Source: Eledone cirrhosa (Eukaryota). From it: a stretch of 64,000 nt of DNA. Made by a program: the position numbers and the translations under genes. The notes beneath the pieces were generated by a model. The model ran no database searches. It was given only the letters and a program-made list of their open reading frames with translations, and was not told the DNA's origin. Location of the stretch: NCBI GenBank assembly GCA_964016885.1, contig OZ024743.1, positions 286,254,001-286,318,000 on the forward strand, read 5' to 3'. Positions 36,694 through 48,199 of the stretch are shown here, one piece after another (the first letter of the stretch is position 1; each line of letters starts with the position of its first letter).

Positions 36694-37060
36694 TTTTTTG
36701 ATTACTTTGAATAAATAATGAATGAATATTGCATAATTTATCTACTAAATTTCTTTATTCTTGATTAAATATAAATAATTTTATTACTTATTTTAAGATT
36801 CACTTCTTTAAAATGTTCAAATGTCAACACTTCCGGTTAGCGATCGCTTAAATAAACATTCATATATTTCCGTCACTAATTTTCTCCTAATGCAGTTTAT
36901 ATATAATATCGTCTTTTTTTAATATATCATGGATTACATAAGAGAGTGTAATGTAGACTTCGTTCAATTTCTGTGTATATTGTCAATTACGATTTCATTT
37001 GATGCATCATATCTACATGCATATATATTTGCATATAATATCAATATGCACACTACACAT

Positions 37061-37101
37061 ACTAGCAGAAAAACCACCTGAAGGGTGGTTTTTCTGCTAG
37101 T
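37061..37101. repeat. Perfect 18-bp inverted repeat with 5-nt loop
   Basis: ACTAGCAGAAAAACCACC-TGAAG-GGTGGTTTTTCTGCTAGT. Confidence 0.93.
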
Positions 37102-37130
37102 GTTACTAACTGCTTCAGTAAAAATCATAC

Positions 37131-37529
37131 TTACATACATACATACATACATACATACATGATGGCTGCCCCCTCGTTATCGAGTATGGCCATTGCACGA
37201 TACACCATTATTAATAATTATTAATTAATTCTAACGTGCAATGCCTGTGCGTGAAGATATTTTTTGAAGTGAGGAAAGGCTGTGCACTGAGCCAATCCCA
37301 CTCTCTGAGCGACAGTAGCTATAACCCGAAAAGAAGAAAAGATCAACATCATCGGTAACTACTGAGCTGCAGGTTTTATATCGGAGCTATCCCAGTTTCC
37401 TGAGTTGCCTTCTCCTAGAAGAATGCCCTGACAAAGGCTAGAGGTCCTTCACATACATACATACATACATACATACATACATACATACATACATACATAC
37501 ATACATACATACATACATACATACATACA
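37131..37529. repeat. Two (CATA)n tracts flanking an unclassified 290-bp segment
   Basis: CATA tracts at about 37131-37160 and 37450-37529; the insert loosely resembles RTE/SINE non-coding sequence. Confidence 0.55.
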
Positions 37530-37959
37530 GTGATGAATTTTATGTGCAGATGGGGTGCCCCAGGGCACGATGTTCAGTTCATCTGTGTTTATCATTGTTC
37601 TCAAGGTCATATACAATAATAAATGTACATTTAATCTCACTGTGAGTATTTTAAGCTGTAATCATATCACAGCTATATCCATAGTAAGAGCATCGTATAC
37701 ATGTATTTCAGAATTATTATTTATCATCAGCAACGCTTCCTAACGTCGAGATACCAAAGTACAGGCATTTAAAGTCTTACACTTTCGCTGAAAGCCTATT
37801 TATATATCTCGCATTTAATATCCTTCTTTCTAACATAGATTTTATTCTTTGCTTCTTCAAATTCTTAATTTTTGTATATTTAGGAACTGTACCCCTAGCT
37901 CCTTTGCTTCTTTTTAAATCAGCCACTGCAGCCCCTTCTCCAATTACCTGAAGTATTCT

Positions 37960-38218
37960 TATATAAGGAAAAATCCGCAAAGTGCACGGCTGATTGAACG
38001 TCGTACAGAGTTTTCTGGTCACTGCTACCGCACAAAAGATAAGATGGTTTCGGACCTCTTGCTGTGGGATATCTCCCTCCTCTGCCAAAAAAACTCAGAT
38101 ACCAGGATACCATAGCAAGAGACATTGGGATTGACAAGGAAGACCTACAAACTTTGATGGGAAGCAGAGACTGTTGGCGTGAAGTGGTGCTTGCTGTCTC
38201 ACCTATAGGCAATAGATA

Positions 38219-38219
<1 letters not shown>
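37960..38219 (+). mobile_element. RTE-type LINE 3' fragment
   Basis: LIERRTEFSGHCYR..DLLLW and DLQTLMGSRDCWREVV translate from the + strand. Confidence 0.7.
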
Positions 38220-38257
<38 letters not shown>

Positions 38258-38258
<1 letters not shown>

Positions 38259-39598
38259 CTCAGCAATGTCCAGTAGTGCTAAGTTTAATATTCTGATCGC
38301 AGATTTGATACGAGTGATGAAGAACGTGTCCCGCATGTGCGACCCAACAGAAATGGAAAGACACATCCAACACTTCATCAACCGCATGCAGTTCTCTGGC
38401 TACAACCAAAGAGACAGAGTCAGAGTATACGAAGCAGCCATGGAGAAGTATAAGACCCTCATAGAACTGGACATGAAAGGAATTTGCCCATTATACAGGA
38501 GCAAAGCATGGAATAGCTTAGATAAGGCTAGACATAAGATAGGGAAAGCCACCTCATAGTACGACAACCAGAGATACCAGAGTGTCATGCTTGTGGATGC
38601 TACCCCTGGAGGGAAATTAGCTAACCAGTGTAGAAAGGCCCTGAGAAAGACCCACTTAAAAATTAAGGTGGTAGAAAAGCCAGGAACCACCATAAAATCC
38701 CTGATCAGCAAAACCTACCCTTTTAAGAAAACCCACTGTACCAATAGGAAATGTATCATATGTAAGGTAAACCCCCGGATAAACTGTAAAACTAGAAACG
38801 TAGTCTATAGCATAAGATGTACAGAGGGTACCTGCAGAAACATGACAACAACATACATAGGTGAGACAGCTCGTAGCATAGGTGAAAGGAGAGACCAACA
38901 CTGGGGGGGGGGGGGAACTAAAAGGACGAAAAAACGGGTCAGTACTATACGAACATGCCAGACAACAACATGACGGTAACATAGAAAACATAGAAATTAG
39001 AATAATATCTAAACATAGAAATGACCCAGCAGATATGCAAATCAGAGAGGCCAGTGAAATAGAAATTAGAAGACCAAGACTAAACAGAAAGAATTAATGG
39101 AATAACAACAACACCCAAACAAACAACACTGACCTAAGAGAAGTATAAATAAGTAAATAAAATAAAATAAAATAAAATAAATAAATAAATAAATAAATAC
39201 ATACACAAGCACAATAACAACAAACACATAAACACACAGTCACCCAATCACGAACACACATCACACATCAAACAAAACACTATACATACACGCAAACGCA
39301 TGCGCAAAGAAGACAAAATAAAATAAACAAACAAGCAAATAAATAAATAAATATATAGACAGACTGAATAAAAATGGCGTAGCCATACAATTCAACAGGA
39401 GGAAACAATAGAACCACTGACGATATTGCAGATGTGCAACGAAAGATTTATGATAAACTATATATATGTGTTTGTGTCTATATTGTATGTGTATTATTTT
39501 TGACCGTCGGTCAGTCAATGGCAACATTGAGGACCGAGTATATTATATTATATTAGATTACCGATATAAAAGACACAGAAGCGAAAAGCGAAAACCAA

Positions 39599-39600
<2 letters not shown>
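38258..39600 (+). mobile_element. Penelope-like element 3' part (RT thumb, GIY-YIG), decayed, between (TA)n tracts
   Basis: NCKTRNVVYSIRC..YIGETARSIGER, QIREA; (TA)n at 38221-38257 and 39601-39655. Confidence 0.8.
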
Positions 39601-39657
<57 letters not shown>

Positions 39658-39821
39658 TAGGTAAATATACACGGGTGTGTATGATTGTGTATAGAAGATT
39701 ATATTAATAAGAGGAATTCCAACTTTGTCTGATTTACTCGTTTTATTTACAATCCTTTAAAATATATATAATGGTATTATAATAAAATAGTATGATAGAA
39801 TATTAAATTCTAAGTGTTAAT

Positions 39822-39860
39822 TGAACAAGTACTTTCATGCTTTCGCAATCTTCAGGTTCA
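39822..39860 (-). ncRNA. Minimal type I hammerhead ribozyme motif
   Basis: UGAAC CUGAAGA U UGC GAAA GCA U GAAA GUAC UU GUUCA: core boxes, 5-bp stem I, GNRA-capped stem II, palindromic stem III. Confidence 0.72.
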
Positions 39861-40241
39861 TGATATGTGGTGACAGTCGAGTTTGCAATTTTCAACTGTA
39901 ATGAGATGGGTAAATTTCCTACCTTTTATACATTTTATACAGAGAAAAGTGGCTCCAGAATGCAAAGCCCTGTAAACTGTATTTCGACCAATCAGTGTGT
40001 AGTTTCACTGAATTACTACAGCTGATTGGTTTAAGCGTCACGGCTGGTTGAGCATGCTAACGACCAATAGTCATATCCAACGTATCAATTGTTTTGCTTT
40101 TTTGAAATGATGAAAATAGCATTTTCTATTAATCATCACCATCAACATCACTTTTATTATTATTATTATTATTGTTGTTGTTGTTGTTGTTGTAAGTGGT
40201 CGTGGTCATAGTGGTAGTAGAAGTAACACCCCTAGGCGTTA

Positions 40242-41716
40242 TTATTGTTCATTTAGCTTGGGTTTGAATTTATCAATAAAATTATTTTCTTTGATTTTTC
40301 TCTTGATTTCACTTGGGCTGTGTAATTTGTAGAATGGGAATATTATAAATATTCCCTGACCACATGTTGCCAGGTGGCCGCTTAGGGGTATCTGACGGAC
40401 ATTTGGGTCTCTGATTTGTTGACGGTGTACCCGTGCACGTTCCGATAGTGCATTTCCAGTTTGACCGACATATAGTTCTTCACAATTCGGGCATTTAATG
40501 CAGTAAATTAGATTTCTGCTTTTGCAGTTCATATTTGCATTTGGGAATATTTTTCCAGTTTTTGTTTTCATATATTGACCGGCGTGTATGGATTGACATG
40601 TGCCGCATCGATTATCATTGCATTTAGATACAGTGAATGATTGGTCTTTGTTGTTAAGGTCAAACTTTGCTTTTGTTAGCAATTGCTTCAAATTTTTTGG
40701 CTGTCTTTTACTAAGAGTCAAAGATCGATCTGTGATTAAGCCTTTTAATTCATTACTTTGAGCAATGATCGGTAGGTTTGCTTTGGCAGTGTTGAAGATA
40801 TTCTGGTGACATGGGTTGTGTGTCATTATAAATGGTATGACCAGTTCTTGGTTTCTTCTTCCTTGGGTTGTTCTAAGTTGTTGTATAGGTATTTTTATAG
40901 CCCGCTGTATGCCATTTTCTATAAGTAGAGATGGGTATTTTTGTTTGAGCAAAAATTCTCTTAGTTCTGTTAGGCGTTTGTACCTGGTATTCGTATCTTC
41001 TACAATGGTACAAATTATTCTGGCTAGGCAGTATGGGATGTTGCGTTTTGTATGAGGTGGATGGCACGACTTAAAATTCAGATATTGATGGGTGTCTGTG
41101 TGTTTATAATATATATCCGTGGTAATGGTGGTGTCGTTTTTGATTATCATTATATCTAGGAATGGTAATTTGGTCCTACTCATCTCTTTTGTGAATTGGA
41201 GAGATGGGTGTAGGTTATTCAGGAGGATATTGAACTCATCCAGAGTATCTAGAGATTCTGTCCAGATGATGAAACAGTCGTCAAGGTATCTCTTCCAAGA
41301 TTTTTCAATGTACTTTCTAAAGTCAGTACTATATTTTTCCTCTATTTCTTGGTAGAGTTGTTGTTCTAAGTATCCCATTACAGAGTTCGCGTAAACGGGA
41401 GCAAACTTCGTCCCATCGCTGTGCCTCTAATTTGGATGTAATTCTTTCCATTGAAGAAGAAAGTGTTGTTTTCCAGAATAAGTTTAACTGCGTCTAATAT
41501 AAATGGCGCTGTGAATCTAATGGGAATCACTTCTCTATGTTTTTCCACCCAGTATTTAACCGCCTTTATTCCTAAATCATGTGTAATGTTGGTGTAAAGG
41601 CTTACCACATCAAAACTGAGTAGAAGTGAATTCGTTTCCGTGGTTTTGGGAAGATGGGACAGGAAGTCGATATCATCCCGGATGAAACTGGGTATGTGAA
41701 TACATAGTGGTTTCAA
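40242..41716 (-). pseudogene. Penelope RT/GIY-YIG ORF with one frameshift near 41400
   Basis: ORFs 41378-41716 and 40242-41378. Confidence 0.88.
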
Positions 41717-41832
41717 AATAATGTCAACAAAATTGCTTAGACGGTGAGTGGGGCATGTTGGACCAGCTATAATAGGTCTAAGTTTTAAGTCTTTTGGGTG
41801 TAATAATTTAATGTACTCACTGTTTTGTTCAC

Positions 41833-42597
41833 AAAACCGAATACTGTGATGGCTGGATAATCTTTAAGATTTTCCTCGATGAATCAGGAAAAATGCAGGT
41901 TTTCACCTAATGAATATTTTTTATGTGCATAATATGCCTTGAAATTTCGGGAAAATCGTCTAGACGTAACGCCTCCAAAAATCCCTAAGAAGCTGAAAAA
42001 ATGAAGTTTTTCACCTAATGCGGGCCCTAGGCCATAAGAAAGTTGGATTTCCTTTGCTCACGGTATGAAGAAGAGACTAACTAATACATAGTTACAATTT
42101 CAAGGAAATCGGTCTGACGTAACGCCCCCAAAAAACCCTAAAAAAATCTTTAAAAACGCAGTTTTTCACCTAGGAGATAAAAAAAGTTTAATGTAAAGTT
42201 TGAAAAAAATCGGTTGGGTACTTCTCGAGTTTTAGGGATTCAAACTCACAAACTCACAGACACACACAGACACACACACAGACACACAGACAGACATCCT
42301 CGGGGAAGTGACGTAGTGCAGACAGTCAGACATACAGACAGATATTATAAGGGCGCGACGTTATATGTATGTATCTATCTAAAAAGAGAAAGACTAAGAA
42401 TTATAGAGCGAGATCGCTAAATCGCCTAATGCGATCCCTAGGGCATTGAAAATTTGAAATTTCTTTTGCTCAGAACACTCCCTCAAACATAAGTATTACA
42501 TGTGTATAGTTTGAAAACAGTCGGTTGGGTGGTTCTTGAGTTTTAGGGATTCGAACTCACACACACAGACAGACATCCTCAGTTTTATATATATAGA
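41833..42597 (-). mobile_element. Probable non-autonomous Helitron-like repeat with internal duplications
   Basis: Minus strand starts TCTATATATATAAAA then GTCT/GT repeats; blocks near 42200-42300 and 42510-42580 are duplicated; no CTRR 3' end found. Confidence 0.45.
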
Positions 42598-42767
42598 CAA
42601 GGCCAGCAATTACCCAGTACATTACTGGTACTTTATTTTATCGACCCCGTGAGGATGAAAGGCAAAGTTAACCTCGGCGGTATTTGAACTCAGACCGTAA
42701 AGGGACGTAACTCCATGCTATGAAGCATGGTATCCGACTCTCTACAGATTCTGCCAATCCACCGCCC
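42597..42767 (-). mobile_element. tRNA-derived SINE, extreme 3' tail missing
   Basis: Colinear with 36526-36693; A and B boxes present. Confidence 0.88.
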
Positions 42768-43616
42768 TAATGTCTGTACGTAATGAGGGAGTGAGAGGGG
42801 AGAGAAAGAAAGGCAGAGGTGAAGTGACGAAGTGACTCTCTCCACCTCCTCCTCCTCCTCCTCCATCTCCCCATTCGTCACAGCGATAGAGGGGAGGAAT
42901 GTTAGTGTGTTACAAAGAGAAAGAGTGAGAGTGAGAGAAACAGACAGACTAAAAGAGAGGGATAGCTGGAGAGAGAGATAGCAACCACGTGCGCACGTGT
43001 TTCCGCTGTCGGACAGACAGACAGAGAAATTGCTGGTTATATATTATAAGGAGATATCTTTGATAATACAAAGCAATACAAGACTTTGTGTATTTTCCCC
43101 CAAAATACCCTGGGCGTGGGCTGGGGGTCATCCTTCTATTAGGGATTTTTTTTGCTGAAAATTTATTATTACATTTATACCATTTTCAGTCAAAAGTAGA
43201 AATTTACCAATGAAAACTAGAAATTTTTTGCTTTAAAAATTACTTCCATCACTACCACTTCCACTACGATCATGTTAAGAGAGAATTTGTGTTAATAATA
43301 TTGTGTTTTTTCTAAATAATAAAAAATAAAATACTCACGTGTACCTACCAAATAGTAGAGGCGTTGAAATAAAAGGGTTGAATAAGCGGGAGTGGGAATG
43401 TGTGGGGTGGAAATTCGGTAATTTTTCCAGGTTGTCTCTGTTGATTTTTTTAAAAACCAGAATTAGTCGTTTGGTTTACATATTGAGACCCCAACCCATC
43501 CTGTTTATTTTATAACATACGGGATTTCTAATAATGTACTTTTTTGTCATGTTTAATATCTTTTAATGTATAAAGAAAATTAATTGTCGCAGGAATGCTA
43601 CTACTTAAAATAAAAT

Positions 43617-44033
43617 TTCGCGAATACAAGCTGCCGAAATGGGATTCCTCCGAAGGGTCTTAGGAGTAACGTTACACGATAAAGTGTGGTGCTCAGAGCT
43701 CAGAGAGTCACTCCAGATAGAAATGCTACTTCTCCGAATTGAGAGATTACAGCTCCAATACTATGGGCATGTGGTTAGAATATCCCAGGAAACCCAGGGG
43801 TAGAACTCGAGCAAAATGGTTGCTTCTGACAGAACCCGCTGGAGGGAGTATTTGAGGACTCTGCCCCCAACGACCCTCACAGGAATAAGTGGGCGAAGAA
43901 GAAGAAGAAGAAGAAGAAGAAGAAGAAGAAGAAGAAGAAGAAGAAGAAGAAGAAGAAGAAGAAGAAGAAGAAGAAGAAGAAGAAGAAGAAGAAGAAGAAG
44001 AAGAAGAAGAAGAAGAAGAAGAAGAAGAAGAAG
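43617..44033 (+). mobile_element. RTE-clade (Rex3/Expander-like) 3' fragment with long (GAA)n tail
   Basis: SRIQAAEMGFLRRV..LLLRIERLQLQYYGHVVR; (GAA)n at 43895-44033. Confidence 0.8.
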
Positions 44034-44139
44034 CTTGAGATGGATTAGCAAAATTTAAGAAGCATGGTGGGGTGTGTGTGAAAAAAATCAAAAAAATTAA
44101 TAAGCGAGGGGTGATGATTATTCGAGACCCGAGACTAAA

Positions 44140-44342
44140 CGAGGGTCAGCTGAAAAGTTCATAGGCTGACTATGAAGGAGTGGTGGTATGAGATCTTGCA
44201 TTTCAACTATTCTTATTATTAACTGCATTGTTTCTTTCTTTTATAGGCCTCATTTTGGTCATTCCGTGAGAGTATCTCGGTCAGCCTATCCACTTTTCAG
44301 TTTCTGAACCTTTCAGCCTATGAACTTTTCAGCCAAACCTGG
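44140..44342. mobile_element. Mariner-type MITE
   Basis: TIR core GCTGAAAAGTTCATAGGCTGA at both ends; TA after the right end. Confidence 0.75.
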
Positions 44343-44624
44343 TAGGATTTTACACAAATCATTATATTTTCCCACTCTTAAGCTTCCTATTTAATTTCTT
44401 CACTTTGTTACTCTCCATCTCTATCTAATTTCCTTTCTCTATTTTACTTTCTTTTCATACTTTCTTTTTCATGAGGTTCGTCCCATATTTTATTCTGTCA
44501 GGACCACCTTGTTTCGTCCGAACATTCGAAATGTTTTTGCACTTGGAGAAATTAGAAATAATTTTATCATATGTATGCATTGCGCTGACCTAGGATGACC
44601 TCAGTCCAATCAAGGAAGAGCAGA

Positions 44625-44625
<1 letters not shown>

Positions 44626-44670
<45 letters not shown>
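44626..44670. repeat. (AAT)15, start of the last cluster
   Basis: Read directly; followed by A7. Confidence 0.97.
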
Positions 44671-44677
<7 letters not shown>

Positions 44678-47020
44678 TGTTAGACACAATGCCCAGGCAG
44701 GGTGGATTGAGACAGTACAGAGGGAGATCGGTGAGCAGGCACAACAACAAACTGATTTGAGTATCACAGTTGAAACTCTTAAGGGGCAGGCCAAAAAACT
44801 AACCAACTGGAAATCACCAGGCCCAGATGGTGTGCAGGGGTATTGGATTAAACATTTAACATCCCTCCACCCGAAGCTGACGGCCATGTTCAATGACTGC
44901 TTGGTGTCGGGTGAGGTGCCAGACTGGTTGACAAAAGGTACCACAGTTCTGATAATGAAAGACCGAATCAAGGGTAATGATGTTACCAACTATAGACCTA
45001 TCACATGTCTGTCCGTAATGTGGAAACTGTTGACGAGCATTGTGTCTGAGGAAATCTACCATCACCTCCACACAAACAACTTGTTACCGGACGAACAGAA
45101 AGGATGCCGAAAAAAGTCACGTGGTACAAAGGACCAGTTACTTATTGATAAGATGGTAATGGGGAATTGCAGGAGGAGACACACTGATCTTGCCATGGGA
45201 TGGATAGACTACAGAAAGGCATTTGACATGGTGCCTCATTCCTGGATCACCAAAAGCCTGGAGATCTTCAGGGTGGCAGATAACATCAGACAGTTGCTAG
45301 GCAGGAGTATGGGGTCCTGGGAGACAGAGTTGACATCAACTGGAGTATCCTTGGGAAGCGTGAAGATCAAGAGAGGTATCTTCCAGGGAGATAGCCTGTC
45401 CCCTCTGTTGTTTGTCCTTGCCCTGATGCCCTTGACCATTATGCTGCGAAAAGTGAGAGCAGGATACAAGTTGGGAAGGGGAGAGCTTACCATCAATCAC
45501 CTCCTCTTCATGGACGATCTTAAGCTCTTCGGGAAAAGTGAGAAGGAGTTGGATGTGCTTGTTGACACTGTCCGTATTTTTAGCAGTGATATATGTATGC
45601 AGTTTGGTATTGGTAAATGTGGAGTCATTGTGATGAAGAGGGGTAGGTTGAGCAGAAGTAACGGGATCCAGATACCAACAGGTGAGATGATAAAGGAAAT
45701 TGACTCTGAGGAAGGATACAAGTATTTGGGCGTTCTGGAGGCTGATGGCATAAAGAACAAAAAAATGAAGGAATTGTTAAGAACTGAATACATTCGGAGA
45801 GTAAGGAGCGTATTGAAGTCACATCTGAACAGCAGAAATGCCATAAGCGCAGTAAATTCCCGAGCTGTGTCTATTATTAGGTACAGTGCGGGAATTCTGA
45901 GATGGAATGTTGCTGAACAGAAAGAAATGGATAGGAAGACTAGGAAGCTATTGACTATCTACAACATGTTCCACAAGAGGAGTGATGTCGATAGACTCTA
46001 CCTAAGGAGATCTGAGGGTGGAAGAGGTCTTATCGGCATAGAGGACTGTGTTCAGATGGAGAAAAACAACCTATACAAATACGTGACCTATAGTAAGGAG
46101 CCAATGCTCAGAACTGTACTGAAGGAGGGGACAGTAGGCCAGGGGATGTCCAAGGAGGAAATAACATCAAGGAGGAAGAGCAGCCTTAAGGGAAAATCCC
46201 TTCATAGTACCTTCTTTGAGAAAACTGAATTTAGAGATCCACAGACATGGAACTGGTTGAGAAGAGGAGACCTCAAAAAGGCTACAGAAGGAATGCTAAT
46301 GGCTGCGCAGAAGCAGGCCCTCAAAACGAAGTGGTTGAAGCACCATATCTACAAGGAGGAGGCTAGCCCACTGTGCAGGATCTGTGGAGAGAGAGAGGAG
46401 ACTGTGGCTCACATTGTGTCCGAGTGTAAACACCTAGCCCAGACCCACTATAAGGGCTGGAGACACGATGTGATGGGCAGGGTGATCCACTGGCACCTGT
46501 GCAAAGTAAACAATTTACCACATTCTGAGAAATGGTATGAGCATAGGCCAGAGGCGGTGATGGAGAACAATCAGGTGAAGGTGCTGTGGGATTTTAGGAT
46601 ACAGACGGACAAAAAACTGGAACACAATAGACCTGACCTGGTGGTTGTGGACAAAGAAAAAAGATCGTGTCTGATTGTGGATGTGGCCTGCCCGTTCGAC
46701 ACGAGAGTGCAAGAGAAGGAGAGGGAGAAAATTAACCGATACCAGGACCTAAAGTGGGAGGTGAAAAGGATTTGGAACTGCCATGAAGTCAAAGTGATCC
46801 CGATTGTCATAGGCGCACTGGGGACTATCTCCAAAAGTTTCCAGGGATGGTTAAAGAAAATCGGCCCCTTCACGCTTTTTGGAACGCTTCAAAAGGCATG
46901 CTTGCTTGGAACAGCAAGAACCCTCCGATACGTCCTGAATATCTGAGGCTGCAGGTAGTGGCTTGATATTCAATCCAACGGACTTTCCAGTTAACCAACA
47001 TCAATGACTGAGATTCAAGG
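44678..47020 (+). mobile_element. Family E copy 2, 5'-truncated
   Basis: Colinear with about 21218-23563; ends GATTCAAGG|AAT. Confidence 0.94.
44757..46946 (+). CDS. Open 729-codon RT-CCHC-RLE frame (N-terminus lost by truncation)
   Basis: FMDD, CRICGEREETVAHIVSEC, RHD, RPDLVV, VDVACP, KINRY. Confidence 0.88.
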   Translation: MSITVETLKGQAKKLTNWKSPGPDGVQGYWIKHLTSLHPKLTAMFNDCLVSGEVPDWLTKGTTVLIMKDRIKGNDVTNYRPITCLSVMWKLLTSIVSEEIYHHLHTNNLLPDEQKGCRKKSRGTKDQLLIDKMVMGNCRRRHTDLAMGWIDYRKAFDMVPHSWITKSLEIFRVADNIRQLLGRSMGSWETELTSTGVSLGSVKIKRGIFQGDSLSPLLFVLALMPLTIMLRKVRAGYKLGRGELTINHLLFMDDLKLFGKSEKELDVLVDTVRIFSSDICMQFGIGKCGVIVMKRGRLSRSNGIQIPTGEMIKEIDSEEGYKYLGVLEADGIKNKKMKELLRTEYIRRVRSVLKSHLNSRNAISAVNSRAVSIIRYSAGILRWNVAEQKEMDRKTRKLLTIYNMFHKRSDVDRLYLRRSEGGRGLIGIEDCVQMEKNNLYKYVTYSKEPMLRTVLKEGTVGQGMSKEEITSRRKSSLKGKSLHSTFFEKTEFRDPQTWNWLRRGDLKKATEGMLMAAQKQALKTKWLKHHIYKEEASPLCRICGEREETVAHIVSECKHLAQTHYKGWRHDVMGRVIHWHLCKVNNLPHSEKWYEHRPEAVMENNQVKVLWDFRIQTDKKLEHNRPDLVVVDKEKRSCLIVDVACPFDTRVQEKEREKINRYQDLKWEVKRIWNCHEVKVIPIVIGALGTISKSFQGWLKKIGPFTLFGTLQKACLLGTARTLRYVLNI

Positions 47021-47030
47021 AATAACAACA

Positions 47031-47077
<47 letters not shown>

Positions 47078-47081
<4 letters not shown>

Positions 47082-47376
47082 CAATACCAGTGGTTGTAGG
47101 CGCTCTGGGAATGATACCTAAGGGGTCTAATGATTACTTATCGCAAATCCCAGAAAACCCGCGTATAGGAGAAATACAAAAGATAGTACTAATGGGAACT
47201 GCCCATATACTAAGGAAGATTCTGTCAATATAAGTACATCACAAGTCTAAACACTAAAGATGCATGTGTGAATATGTATGTTCTTTCTTGAACATGGCAG
47301 ACCTTGTTGTCTCTTGAGGTCACTGGTTGTGACTTGGTGATAACTCGTATGAACATGAAGCAAGATAAATGCAACT

Positions 47377-47377
<1 letters not shown>
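47078..47377 (+). mobile_element. Family C 3' fragment
   Basis: Matches about 12248-12548; AAT tracts on both sides. Confidence 0.92.
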
Positions 47378-47415
<38 letters not shown>

Positions 47416-47416
<1 letters not shown>

Positions 47417-47881
47417 GGCGGTGATAGAACACGATCAGGTGAAGGTGCTGTGGGATTTTAGGATACAGACGGACAAGAAACTGGAACACAATAGACCTGA
47501 CCTGGTGGTTGTGGACTAGGAAAAAAGATCGTGCCTGATTGTGGATGTGGCCTGCCCATTCGACACGAGAGTGCAAGAGAAGGAGAGGGAGAAAATTAAC
47601 CGATACCAGGACTTAAAGTGGGAGGTAAAAAGGATTTGGAACTGCCATGAAGTCAAAGTGATCCCGATTGTCATAGGCGCACTGGGGACTATCTCCAAAA
47701 GTTTCCAGGGATGGTTAAAGAAAATCGGCCACTTCACGCTTTTTGGAACGCTTCAAAAGGCATGCTTGCTGGGAACAGCAAGAACCCTCCGATACGTCCT
47801 GAATATCTGAGGCTGCAGGTAGTGGCTTGATATTCATTTCAACAAACTTTCCAGTTAACTAACATCAATGACTGAGACTCA
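47416..47881 (+). mobile_element. Family E 3' fragment
   Basis: RLE C-terminus + 3' UTR; AAT tracts on both sides. Confidence 0.92.
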
Positions 47882-47940
<59 letters not shown>

Positions 47941-48199
47941 TTTCTTTATTAACCACAAGGGTTTACATAAAGTAGACATTAAGGACAGTGCAGGACAATG
48001 CAGGACGGTACAAATGGGCATTTCTGCGTGTAAAAAACAAAAACAGAGGATGTAACAAAAATAACAATGAAAATAACAATGAAAAATTCCCCAATAGGGG
48101 GGAGACTTCGGAGGGACATTTGTGGAGAAAGCCCAGTAAAGAGCCACAATGACCCTGACCACCAAGGCAAGTGCCCTCTCCCAGTTTTCCACCTTTAGT

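Larger units (their letters stand above)
39700..41830 (-). mobile_element. Penelope-like element, 5'-truncated (RT + GIY-YIG); ends approximate
   Basis: LRPIIAGP, SFDVVSLYTNI, GTAMG, RYLDDCF, LPFLD, NLIYCIKC..YVGQTG. Confidence 0.9.

Noticed and set aside
37781-37947. Lys/Arg-rich open segment on the minus strand with AG/GT boundaries
   Set aside because: No recognisable domain, and the acceptor region overlaps an RTE fragment; unsupported without RNA data
43747-44091. Poly-Ser/Arg/Leu ORFs here, and poly-Ile/Asn/Tyr ORFs at other tracts
   Set aside because: Translations of microsatellites
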